In this document: positions 30,554 through 39,540 of the stretch, in pieces
Layout: each line of letters begins with the position of its first letter
Numbering within the stretch: position 1 is the stretch's first letter
IMG/VR virus record: IMGVR_UViG_3300010885_023630
Span: 62,981 to 126,980 of that record
Source of the DNA: a virus
Strand: one strand, 5' to 3'
DNA: 64,000 nucleotides
The notes under the pieces: model-generated
Database searches by the model: none
Told to the model about the DNA's origin: nothing
Seen by the model: the letters and a program-made list of their open reading frames with translations, nothing else
Program-made: the position numbers and the translations under genes

Positions 30554-30922
30554 ATGAAAATTACAGAAATTATTGTTGAATCAAGATTGCCTTTGGACCA
30601 GGTTTCTGCAACCCCTGGTATGAAAATTCATAAAGAGTTACAAAGTTCAGACCCGTATAATTCTTACAAGTTTGGTGTAAACTTAGCCGGCGCCCCGGAG
30701 TTCCACCACCCACCCGATTTAGAAGGTCCAGCTGGGCAGGCATTGGTTACAGTTGCCTACACAGATGCTTGCGAAGCCATCATTGATGCTACAGAAAAAG
30801 CCCACGGTGTATCGAGCAAACGTATTAGCCCACGCGGAAGCCAAGAAGCCGCTGACGTACACAAGGTTAGTCCGCACCGTTCGGTTGGCCCGATTGCACT
30901 TAACCGTAAATCCAAAAAATAA
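30554..30922 (+). CDS. hypothetical protein, probable internal head protein
   Basis: Start revised to MKITEIIVE; TAAGTA 5 nt upstream. Confidence 0.6.
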   Translation: MKITEIIVESRLPLDQVSATPGMKIHKELQSSDPYNSYKFGVNLAGAPEFHHPPDLEGPAGQALVTVAYTDACEAIIDATEKAHGVSSKRISPRGSQEAADVHKVSPHRSVGPIALNRKSKK

Positions 30923-30978
30923 TTTGACTTAACCAGCAATTTATGTAATAATGCTCTTACTAACTAAGGGCATTTTTT

Positions 30979-31593
30979 ATGATCATCGGTATCTGCGGAT
31001 TTATTGGTAGCGGTAAAGACACTATAGCTGACTATTTGGTTAACTTCCACGAGTTTAGACGTGATAGTTATGCCGGAACTCTCAAAGATGCTGTAGCGGC
31101 TGTATTTAACTGGGATCGTGAGCTATTAGAAGGACGCACCAAACAAGCCCGCGAATGGCGAGAACAAGTAGATCCCTGGTGGGCCAACCGCTTGAACATG
31201 CCTACCCTAACCCCTAGACTAGTACTACAGCTCTGGGGAACGGAAGTGTGCCGTAAAGGGTTCCATGACGATATTTGGATTGCTAGTGTAGAGAACAAAC
31301 TGCGTACCAGCCGGGATAATATTGTTATTAGCGATTGTCGTTTCCCTAACGAAATTAAAAGCATTAAACAGGCCGGCGGCAGAGTCATCTGGGTTAAACG
31401 AGGAGAATTGCCTAGCTGGTATATTATGGCAGGCAAAGCCAATACAGGTGATATAGTAGCTCAGGCCAAACTCAAAGAGCTTGGTGTACACATCAGTGAA
31501 ACTGCCTGGGTAGGCACAGAGTTTGATGCGGTCATTGACAACAACGGTAGTATTGATGATCTATATACAGCAGTTAAAAGTCTGGTACAATAG
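30979..31593 (+). CDS. gp1: deoxynucleoside monophosphate kinase (T4 gp1-like)
   Basis: P-loop GFIGSGKDT; 'PRLVLQLWGTE'; 'ISDCRFPNE'. Confidence 0.9.
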   Translation: MIIGICGFIGSGKDTIADYLVNFHEFRRDSYAGTLKDAVAAVFNWDRELLEGRTKQAREWREQVDPWWANRLNMPTLTPRLVLQLWGTEVCRKGFHDDIWIASVENKLRTSRDNIVISDCRFPNEIKSIKQAGGRVIWVKRGELPSWYIMAGKANTGDIVAQAKLKELGVHISETAWVGTEFDAVIDNNGSIDDLYTAVKSLVQ

Positions 31594-31924
31594 GGGCAGG
31601 TTTCCACGCAACCTTGGATTTATACAGCTCTTGCTGACAATTTAAACAAACAGTTTTATAGTTAATCCAATTGTTATTCTTTAAATTCCCATCGACATAA
31701 AACACATTAGACTGTGATGCTAACTTAAATTTAAAGTTACACAACTCACAACGATCCTTCTTTTTATAACCTGATTTAACCCATGCCGGTGCTTCGGGTT
31801 TATTTTTCCTGCCAGACCTAATACAACCAGCACAACTATTTCGATAGTGTGTTATACCTTCGCGGATATAGTTAACAGCCACAGGGTTTTTGGTACATAT
31901 AGGGCATAAATCACGTTTCAGCAT
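31574..31924 (-). CDS. Cys-rich zinc-binding, degenerate HNH-like protein
   Basis: Four CxxC pairs; 'VDGNLKNN...NYKTVCLNC'; TAAATA 5 nt before the ATG. Confidence 0.6.
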   Translation of the reverse strand: MLKRDLCPICTKNPVAVNYIREGITHYRNSCAGCIRSGRKNKPEAPAWVKSGYKKKDRCELCNFKFKLASQSNVFYVDGNLKNNNWINYKTVCLNCQQELYKSKVAWKPAPIVPDF

Positions 31925-32025
31925 ATAGCTATTTAAGTCAAACCTTCCCAAAGGCTCCTGTAAACGGCATCATTTTGAACCTTTAGAATAAATAACTTTA
32001 ACATGTATTATAAAGGAAAATAACC

Positions 32026-35000
32026 ATGGCACTAGTATCCCCAGGAATTCAAATTTCCGTAAACGATCAGAGTCAGTACGTTAACAGTAACGTAGGATCT
32101 GTACCATTAGTAGTACTAGCAACAGCTCAAGATAAGACCTATAACGGCCAAATGGCTACAGGAACTACTAAAGCAAATGCTGGAAAATTAATGAGCTTTA
32201 CAAGTCAACGAGACTTAGTAACAGCGATGGGAACACCTACTTTCCAACTTAGCGCCGCTGGCACACCATTACACGGTAACGAACTAAACGAATACGGTTT
32301 GTTAGCCGCTTACTCGGCATTAGGCCTAACTAACCAGTTATATGCTATCCGCGCCGACATAGATTTAAATCAATTAACAGGTACAAGTAACCGCCCAATT
32401 GGTATGCCAATTGACGGACAGTATTGGTTAGATACTGCCAATAGCGAATTTGGTCTATACGAATTAGCAACTAACGCAACAACGTTAGCACAAGGATTTT
32501 CCCATATTGATCCTTTGGAAATTACAGATTCAAAACAAGTATCAAACGACAATGCTTATGCTTATGCCGTTCCAACTCCTCTTGCTAGTGTGGGACAAGT
32601 TGGTAGCTATGCTTTAGTTCTAGTTAATACAGACGGAACAACAGCAACTACAATTCGTTTGTTTTACAAAGCAACATCAACATCGGTTGCTGGATTATCT
32701 AATTCTTGGGTACAAGTTGGTTCTACTGCTTGGCAAAAAACTCGCCCAGTGGCAACTGGTACTACTGCCAGCCCAACAATTCCGTTAGGAAGTATTTTAA
32801 CTTTTGCTAACTACAGCCCAATTACAACTACAAGTAACACAACAGTTTCTGGATTAGCAACAGACATTAACAACGCGGCTATTCCGGGTGTATTTGCCAA
32901 CGTAGACAGCACAGGTCACTTGATGCTGTTTGTAACTAGTGCTGCAAAGAGCGCAGGTAATAGTGCTACAGCCGACGGTAAAATTACAATTACTTCATTC
33001 TTATCTAACACAGGTGCTAATTTATTAACAGCCACAACAGGCGTTGGTATTGCTGCCGGTAGCTATTATTGCCCATATTTCTTTTATGGCACATACGCAC
33101 AACAACCAAGCGGTGGCTGGTATTCTACAGATGCTCAACCACGTCCAAACGGTTCTATCTGGTTTAAAACAACCTCAACAGGTCAGGGTTTTAATTTAGC
33201 ATACAAACAATGGAATGGTTCGTTGGAAAAATGGGACGCATTAACAGTTCCGTTATACACATTCCAATCTGACGCTATCTATGGTTTAGATCCATCGGGC
33301 GGCGGTATTAATATCCCACACGGTCAAGTTATAGCCATAGTTGGTGTTACTGATACTACTGCTAACGGCATTAAATTACAAGCACAATTGCCACAAACAG
33401 TGGCCACAGGTAAAGGCGGCCAGTTAGCATCGGCCACAGCATTTACAGCTGGTAATAGCTTTAACTTAGTATCAACTACGCCTGGAGATGCTAATACAAG
33501 AACTTATACTATTACTTTAGCCGGCACAGGCGCAACAGATTTTGTTAGCGCAATTTTAGCGGCTAATATTCCGTACGTAACAGCTCAATTTAATAACGCA
33601 GACGGCCCATACGGCAGTATTAGTATTTCGCACACAGCCGGTGGCACGATTAACTTAACCAACGTAACTGGTACTCCATTGACAGCGGCACAATTTGTAA
33701 CAAACAAAGGTAGTGGTTTTATTGTAAATACGCTACTTGCTACGCCAACAGTTTCTATCAGTAACTGGACACAGTTATTGGCAACTACTAAAATTGGCGA
33801 TAGCGCACCATACACATCGCCAGACGATGGTACAATGTGGTATTATAGCAATTTAGCCGAAGTTGACATCATGGTCAACGACAATGGTTGGAAAGGCTAC
33901 ACACAAGTTGTATCAGACGCACGTGGATTTAACCTAACTAACACAGACCCAGCAGGTGTTATTGTTAGCGCAGGTTCTGCTCCAGTATTACAGAGCGATG
34001 GCACACAATTAGTATCAGGCGATTTATGGTTAGACAGTAGCGACACAGTAAACTACCCAGCATTGTATCGTTACAACGCAATAACAAGAGCGTGGACAAG
34101 TATTAACAATACAGACTCTGTTTCGTCAAATGGTATTGTATTTGCTGATGCTCGTTGGGACGCAGGCGGTACTGCTGACGTTATCAGCGGCAGCTTACCA
34201 ACAGTGGCATCGTTGTTAGCAAGTAACTACACAGACCTAGATGCTCCAGATTATCGTTTATACCCACGTGGAGCATTGTTGTTTAACACACGTCGCTCAG
34301 GATATAACGTTAAGAAGTTTGTAAGCAACTACTTTAACAGCACATCGTTCCCTAACGCAAGTCTCCCAGCAATTAAAGATACTTGGGTAAGTGCTAGTGG
34401 TTTAGCAAATGATGGTTCAATGAACGCAGGCGGTAATGCTCAACGTTCAATGATTATACACGCACTACGTAGCGCAATTGACAGCAACTTAACAGCTCGT
34501 GAATTAATTTACGGTTTTAATTTGTTAACTGTTCCCGGTTATCCAGAAGTTACAAGTAACTTGGTAACACTAAACAACGATCGTGCTAACACAGGTTTTA
34601 TTATTGCTGACACACCAATGTCGTTGAAGCCAAACGCAATTGATATCACGTCATGGGTTTCAAATTCAACAGGCAAAGGTTTGCCAAAAGTAACAGCATC
34701 TGATCCATACACAGCAATTTACTACCCAGCAGGTTTAACAAATGACTTAGCAGGTAATAGCGTAGCTGTACCAGCTAGCCATGCGGCATTACGTACATTC
34801 TTGTACAATGACCAAGTTAGCTATCCATGGTTTAGTCCAGCTGGCGCAAACCGCGGTTTGGTAAGCAATTTAAACGATGTTGGTTACATTGATTCGGCAA
34901 CAGGATCATTTGTACACAACGGCGTTAACCAAGGTCTACGTGACGCACTACAGCCATTGAAGATTAACCCAATCGCTCAATTGCCAGGAACTGGTATTGT

Positions 35001-35376
35001 AATTTGGGGACAGCTAACTCGTTCTGCAGACACTACTGCACGTGGTAGTGTTAACGTAGTTCGTTTAGAAAACTACTTACGTACAATCTTTGCTTCTATA
35101 TCAAATGGTTACTTATTTGAGCCAAATGATCAACAAACAAGAACAAGTATTGCTCGCCAAATTGAAGGTGCGTTACACGACGTACTAAGCAAGCGTGGTG
35201 TATACGACTTCTTGGTAATATGTGATAGTAGCAATAATACACAAAGTACGATTGCTAATCAGCAGTTGTATGTAGACATAGCTATCGAGCCAATGCGTGA
35301 TGTTGAATTTATTTACATTCCGATTGCGCTATATAACCCTGGTGAGATTTCGACCTTCCAGGCGGCATCCACTTAA
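32026..35376 (+). CDS. gp18: tail sheath protein (T4 gp18-like) with large inserted domains
   Basis: 'LVSPGIQISVND' N-terminus; 'YPWFSPAGANRG', 'INPI...G.GIVIWGQ', 'VNVVRL', 'LFEPND' C-terminus. Confidence 0.93.
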   Translation: MALVSPGIQISVNDQSQYVNSNVGSVPLVVLATAQDKTYNGQMATGTTKANAGKLMSFTSQRDLVTAMGTPTFQLSAAGTPLHGNELNEYGLLAAYSALGLTNQLYAIRADIDLNQLTGTSNRPIGMPIDGQYWLDTANSEFGLYELATNATTLAQGFSHIDPLEITDSKQVSNDNAYAYAVPTPLASVGQVGSYALVLVNTDGTTATTIRLFYKATSTSVAGLSNSWVQVGSTAWQKTRPVATGTTASPTIPLGSILTFANYSPITTTSNTTVSGLATDINNAAIPGVFANVDSTGHLMLFVTSAAKSAGNSATADGKITITSFLSNTGANLLTATTGVGIAAGSYYCPYFFYGTYAQQPSGGWYSTDAQPRPNGSIWFKTTSTGQGFNLAYKQWNGSLEKWDALTVPLYTFQSDAIYGLDPSGGGINIPHGQVIAIVGVTDTTANGIKLQAQLPQTVATGKGGQLASATAFTAGNSFNLVSTTPGDANTRTYTITLAGTGATDFVSAILAANIPYVTAQFNNADGPYGSISISHTAGGTINLTNVTGTPLTAAQFVTNKGSGFIVNTLLATPTVSISNWTQLLATTKIGDSAPYTSPDDGTMWYYSNLAEVDIMVNDNGWKGYTQVVSDARGFNLTNTDPAGVIVSAGSAPVLQSDGTQLVSGDLWLDSSDTVNYPALYRYNAITRAWTSINNTDSVSSNGIVFADARWDAGGTADVISGSLPTVASLLASNYTDLDAPDYRLYPRGALLFNTRRSGYNVKKFVSNYFNSTSFPNASLPAIKDTWVSASGLANDGSMNAGGNAQRSMIIHALRSAIDSNLTARELIYGFNLLTVPGYPEVTSNLVTLNNDRANTGFIIADTPMSLKPNAIDITSWVSNSTGKGLPKVTASDPYTAIYYPAGLTNDLAGNSVAVPASHAALRTFLYNDQVSYPWFSPAGANRGLVSNLNDVGYIDSATGSFVHNGVNQGLRDALQPLKINPIAQLPGTGIVIWGQLTRSADTTARGSVNVVRLENYLRTIFASISNGYLFEPNDQQTRTSIARQIEGALHDVLSKRGVYDFLVICDSSNNTQSTIANQQLYVDIAIEPMRDVEFIYIPIALYNPGEISTFQAAST

Positions 35377-35405
35377 AATGGTAAATAAGAGTACAGGAGA
35401 ATAGT

Positions 35406-36020
35406 ATGGCCATAGCAAGTTTAAATAAATTTACAGTTCCGTTATCAACAGATCAAAGTGCTGGACACCAAGGTTTGTTGATGCCAAAATTAAAGTATCG
35501 CTTCCGTGCGGTATTTACAGGATTTGGCGTTGACAAAACAACAACAGAACTAACAAAACAAATCGTTGATATTAAGCGTCCAAACGTAAACTTCAACCCA
35601 ATTACAATTGATGTTTACAACAGCAAGGTATTTTTACAAGGTAAGCCAGAATGGCAAGAAACTACGGTTAACTTCCGTGATGATGCTACTGGTGCTGTAA
35701 GCAAGTTGGTTGGTCAACAGATCCAGAAGCAGTTCGACTTTATGGAACAAGCAAGTGCAGCAAGTGGCGTTGATTATAAGTTCTCAATGACATTTGAAAT
35801 GTTAGACGGTGGTAATGGTCAAACAACTCCAACTGTACTAGAAGCTTGGGACCTAGAAGGTTGCTTCTTAAGTTCTGTAGACTACGGCGATATGGCTTAC
35901 AACAGCAATGATCCTGTACAAATTGCTTGTAATATTAAGTTTGATAACGCTGTCCAAACAGCCGGACAAGGTGTTGGTACTACACTAAACGTACCACGCA
36001 CAAACGGTCCAGTAAACTAA
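35406..36020 (+). CDS. gp19: tail tube protein (T4 gp19-like)
   Basis: Follows the sheath; 'LLMPKLKYRFR', 'W.LEGCF', 'YNSNDPVQI'. Confidence 0.85.
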   Translation: MAIASLNKFTVPLSTDQSAGHQGLLMPKLKYRFRAVFTGFGVDKTTTELTKQIVDIKRPNVNFNPITIDVYNSKVFLQGKPEWQETTVNFRDDATGAVSKLVGQQIQKQFDFMEQASAASGVDYKFSMTFEMLDGGNGQTTPTVLEAWDLEGCFLSSVDYGDMAYNSNDPVQIACNIKFDNAVQTAGQGVGTTLNVPRTNGPVN

Positions 36021-36040
36021 TATTCACTTTATTGAGTAAG

Positions 36041-36071
36041 AAGCCCGGTCATAAAAACACCGGGTTTTTTT
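36041..36071 (+). terminator. intrinsic terminator
   Basis: AAGCCCGGT...ACCGGGTTT followed by a T tract. Confidence 0.85.
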
Positions 36072-36087
36072 ACGGATAAATAATAAT

Positions 36088-37590
36088 ATGAGCATTAACC
36101 ATTTACTTCGTCAGCAAGGTAGTACTACTATACGTACATATCGTCATGCGGCGAGAATCTTTACTGATAGTAATTTTCGTTTAAGTCCCAAGTATGGATT
36201 TTTATATTATGTTGAATTTGACTTGAACAAAGACATTACCAGTATTAGTAATCTCCAGGCCCAAGAAATGGGAATGATTGTTAAAAGCGTTAACCTGCCA
36301 AAGTTTACAATGCAGGTCAAAGAACACAATGCTTACAATCGTAAAAACTATGTTCAAAATAAAATTACATACGATCCAGTAAACATTGTATTCCATGATG
36401 ACCAAGCAGATAATGTAAGAAGTTTCTGGTACGACTATTATAGTTTTTACTATAGAGATCCAGACTATGCTGACTCTACATATACTGCCTCACACAAATA
36501 TCAAAGTCGCCCTACATTCAATTGGGGTTATACTCCGAGACCTACTGTGGGTTATAATAACGCATATGGCAATCAACCGTATCAATATATTTTAGCAATA
36601 CGTATCTACAGTTTATATCAAAAGAATTTTAGCGAATACGAATTAATTAATCCTATTATTACTAAGTTTGGACACGGCGAACACAATGCCAGCGAAGGAC
36701 AATCTCTACTAGAGAATTCAATGAGCATTCAATTTGAAACTGTCAAGTATCTAACAGGGTATGTGACAGAAAACACAGTTGGTGGTTTTATTGATCTACA
36801 CTATGATAGAACCAACAGCCCTATTGCTCCTAACGAAGGAGTAAACATCATCGACAACGGTCAAGGTGGTTACACACAAGCAACAGATAAAATAACAGAC
36901 TTGGCAATCAATGCGGCAACCTATGTACAACTAGCTCCACCGTTATTTACTCCATTGGGTATAGTTGGTCCTGGCGCATTTTCAACACAACTCGGTAATG
37001 GCGTTCAAGCGTCAGTGGTCAACGGAATTTCAAATTCAGGAGGCTTTGCTATACCAAGTCTTGGTGGATTAACAAATGGATTAACTGCTGGTGCTGTGTT
37101 ATCGCAACAGCTAACTGCCGCAACAGCAAGTATTGCCGGAACTATTACCAGCCAGGCTACTAACGCAGTAGTAGGCGGCATTGCTAAAGGGCTTGGTCCA
37201 AATGGTAGTGCCATTGTTGGACTTGTTGCTCAGGCAATAGCCAATCCTAAGTTGGCATTGGTAACCGTAGAGAACATGGCAATTTCTTATGCTGTAAATC
37301 AAATTTCATCTAAAATTATTAGCAGTACAGGCACCTTCTTTACTGGTCTTGGTAACGATATAGCTAACAGTGCATTTTTAAAGAGTATAACTGATAATGT
37401 TACAACTCCAATCAGCAATTGGTGGAGTACTACTATTTTTAATCCATCCAATTGGTTTACGCCAGCTTCTACTACAACAAGCAGTATAGTACCAAATCTT
37501 GATGTAGCGGCATTTGAGCTTGGTGGTGGCGCTGGCGCTGTAGTATTGTCAGACACACCGTCTATAGCGTCTACAATATTTGAGGCATAA
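36088..37590 (+). CDS. tube-like baseplate/tube initiator protein (gp48/gp54-like)
   Basis: Tube-fold N-terminus ('VKSVNLPKF', 'YDPVNIVFHDD'); low-complexity C-terminus. Confidence 0.6.
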   Translation: MSINHLLRQQGSTTIRTYRHAARIFTDSNFRLSPKYGFLYYVEFDLNKDITSISNLQAQEMGMIVKSVNLPKFTMQVKEHNAYNRKNYVQNKITYDPVNIVFHDDQADNVRSFWYDYYSFYYRDPDYADSTYTASHKYQSRPTFNWGYTPRPTVGYNNAYGNQPYQYILAIRIYSLYQKNFSEYELINPIITKFGHGEHNASEGQSLLENSMSIQFETVKYLTGYVTENTVGGFIDLHYDRTNSPIAPNEGVNIIDNGQGGYTQATDKITDLAINAATYVQLAPPLFTPLGIVGPGAFSTQLGNGVQASVVNGISNSGGFAIPSLGGLTNGLTAGAVLSQQLTAATASIAGTITSQATNAVVGGIAKGLGPNGSAIVGLVAQAIANPKLALVTVENMAISYAVNQISSKIISSTGTFFTGLGNDIANSAFLKSITDNVTTPISNWWSTTIFNPSNWFTPASTTTSSIVPNLDVAAFELGGGAGAVVLSDTPSIASTIFEA

Positions 37591-37591
37591 T

Positions 37592-37978
37592 ATGTCTAAT
37601 CAAATCACAACAGCAACTAATTTATCTGGTCCAGATATTTCTGTATCTCAAGACAACAGTAGAAAATATTTTAATAATTTTTACAGTATTGACTTTGCTA
37701 CTTCAAGTGAAGCCAATGATGCTATTGTAGCATTTTTTGAACAGTCAACTGGTAATAAAGAAACAGCAAAAAATATGGCCGCGGCAGTGATTTATACAGC
37801 ACTGGCACAAGGCAATGATCCATTAAAGATTTTAGATGACTTTCAAAAATTAGCACCGGGTGCTTTAAGCAACTATCTGGCAGGATTTTTAAACATCAAT
37901 AGAAGTCCTACTAGTGTTCTAGCAGTAAGAACCACAAAGGTAAACAATCCTTATATAGCCAGAAGTATAATGGTGTAA
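37592..37978 (+). CDS. hypothetical (baseplate-region) protein
   Basis: ORF in operon; start revised to MSNQ. Confidence 0.55.
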   Translation: MSNQITTATNLSGPDISVSQDNSRKYFNNFYSIDFATSSEANDAIVAFFEQSTGNKETAKNMAAAVIYTALAQGNDPLKILDDFQKLAPGALSNYLAGFLNINRSPTSVLAVRTTKVNNPYIARSIMV

Positions 37979-37979
37979 C

Positions 37980-38414
37980 ATGAGCAAATATGCCCAAGGC
38001 AAATATCAAATATTAAATCCAGCAAAATATGTAGGCAACAAAAGTCCAACATATCGTTCAAGCTGGGAACATGTCTTTATGAAGTTTTGTGACAACAACC
38101 CAAATATTATACAATGGGCAAGCGAGGCTGTACATATAAATTATCGTAACCCATTGACCGGTAAAAATACCATATACGTACCGGATTTTCTTATTACATA
38201 CGTTGATGCCAGCGGTAATCAAAGTGCCGAAGTAATTGAAGTAAAGCCTCGAAAAGAGACCACATTAGAAGGTGCTAAGAACATTCGTGATCAAGCGGCG
38301 GCAATACTTAATATGGCAAAATGGGAAGCGGCCCAACGTTGGTGCGCGGCACACGGATTAAAGTTTCGGGTAGTTACGGAAGATATGATTTTCCACCAGG
38401 GTCGCGGCAAATAA
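37980..38414 (+). CDS. gp4: head completion nuclease (T4 gp4-like, TnsA-type)
   Basis: 'NPAKYVG...YRSSWE..FMKFCD', 'YVPDF', 'IEVKP', 'KWEAA'. Confidence 0.9.
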   Translation: MSKYAQGKYQILNPAKYVGNKSPTYRSSWEHVFMKFCDNNPNIIQWASEAVHINYRNPLTGKNTIYVPDFLITYVDASGNQSAEVIEVKPRKETTLEGAKNIRDQAAAILNMAKWEAAQRWCAAHGLKFRVVTEDMIFHQGRGK

Positions 38415-38422
38415 ATATTGCT

Positions 38423-38914
38423 ATGACTAAGAAACTTGAAGAACTTTTTAACCTACCGTCGGTCGATGCTACCCCAGAAGAAGCAGAACAAGCCATTGCT
38501 GAAAACCGTGAATTAATCACAGAAGTTGATTTAGCAATAGACAAAATAGATGCCGCACTTCCTACAGTACGCGATCTAGACACAGCAGATAGCGAATTAG
38601 ATGAGCTTGCTACACTAGCCAAAAGTAAAGCAGAAGATTTAATAGATTTAGGCATGAATGTAGAGCCACGCTTTAGTGGAGTTATACTACAAACAGCTGG
38701 TATGCTATTGGGTCATGCTATTACAGCTAAAACTGCCAAACTAGACAAAAAGTTACGTATGGTTAATTTACAGCTACAAAAAGCCAAATTAGATCATCAA
38801 ATTAAAAAAGATGCTGGCAAAGCACAGGATGACGTTGGCACAATCGATGGGCAAGGTATTGTTTTAGATCGCAACGATCTACTAAAACAGATACTTGCCA
38901 ACAAGGACAAATAA
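38423..38914 (+). CDS. hypothetical protein, possible terminase small subunit
   Basis: Acidic helical N-terminus, 'DLGMNVEPR', coiled coil, C-terminal 'RNDLLK'. TerS assignment is inference. Confidence 0.45.
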   Translation: MTKKLEELFNLPSVDATPEEAEQAIAENRELITEVDLAIDKIDAALPTVRDLDTADSELDELATLAKSKAEDLIDLGMNVEPRFSGVILQTAGMLLGHAITAKTAKLDKKLRMVNLQLQKAKLDHQIKKDAGKAQDDVGTIDGQGIVLDRNDLLKQILANKDK

Positions 38915-38948
38915 CCCAATTGGGCTAAATATTGAATATAGGAATATA

Positions 38949-39536
38949 ATGATGAAACCGTTTCAAACTTACATTTTTGAACTAAACAAACCGTACGAGT
39001 TTCGTATTAAACTTGCTGGCGTCGAGCCCAAGGGCGAAACAATGGACCATATTAAAAATGCTCTCGAAGCATATCAACTTGAGAGCATATCAGCAGTAAA
39101 AAGTTTACCGATTCAAGAACACCGTGAATTCCCACAATGGGGCGGTGCGTGTGAGTGCTGGACATTTGACATCAAACTTGCTTATCCAGCAACAACAGTA
39201 ACAGTACGTCAATTGATTAAAGAACGTGCTCGCATTAATGCTGATTGGATTAGTGTGCGTAATTTAAATGAAGCAATTGATACCGACGAAGCCGAAGCAC
39301 GTGGTCAAGACCAGGTTGGCGCCTTGCTAGACGAAACAGAATTAAAAGATGCGCCTAACGCACAAGAACTGGCCGGTCAAAGTCGTATTGGTAGTTTATT
39401 AAAAGAATTAGAATCACGTAAGTTTGAATTTGCTCAAGAAAGCAAAGAAGCAGGCAAAACAACAAACGATGCGTCAATGGGCAACAAGAGTCCAATGGGA
39501 ACAACGCAAAATAAAGTTTATAAAGCAAAAGGTTAA
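38949..39536 (+). CDS. hypothetical protein, probable internal head protein
   Basis: Start revised to MMKPFQTYIFE (AGGA Shine-Dalgarno); N-terminus resembles the T4 capsid-targeting sequence. Confidence 0.6.
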   Translation: MMKPFQTYIFELNKPYEFRIKLAGVEPKGETMDHIKNALEAYQLESISAVKSLPIQEHREFPQWGGACECWTFDIKLAYPATTVTVRQLIKERARINADWISVRNLNEAIDTDEAEARGQDQVGALLDETELKDAPNAQELAGQSRIGSLLKELESRKFEFAQESKEAGKTTNDASMGNKSPMGTTQNKVYKAKG

Positions 39537-39540
39537 GAAA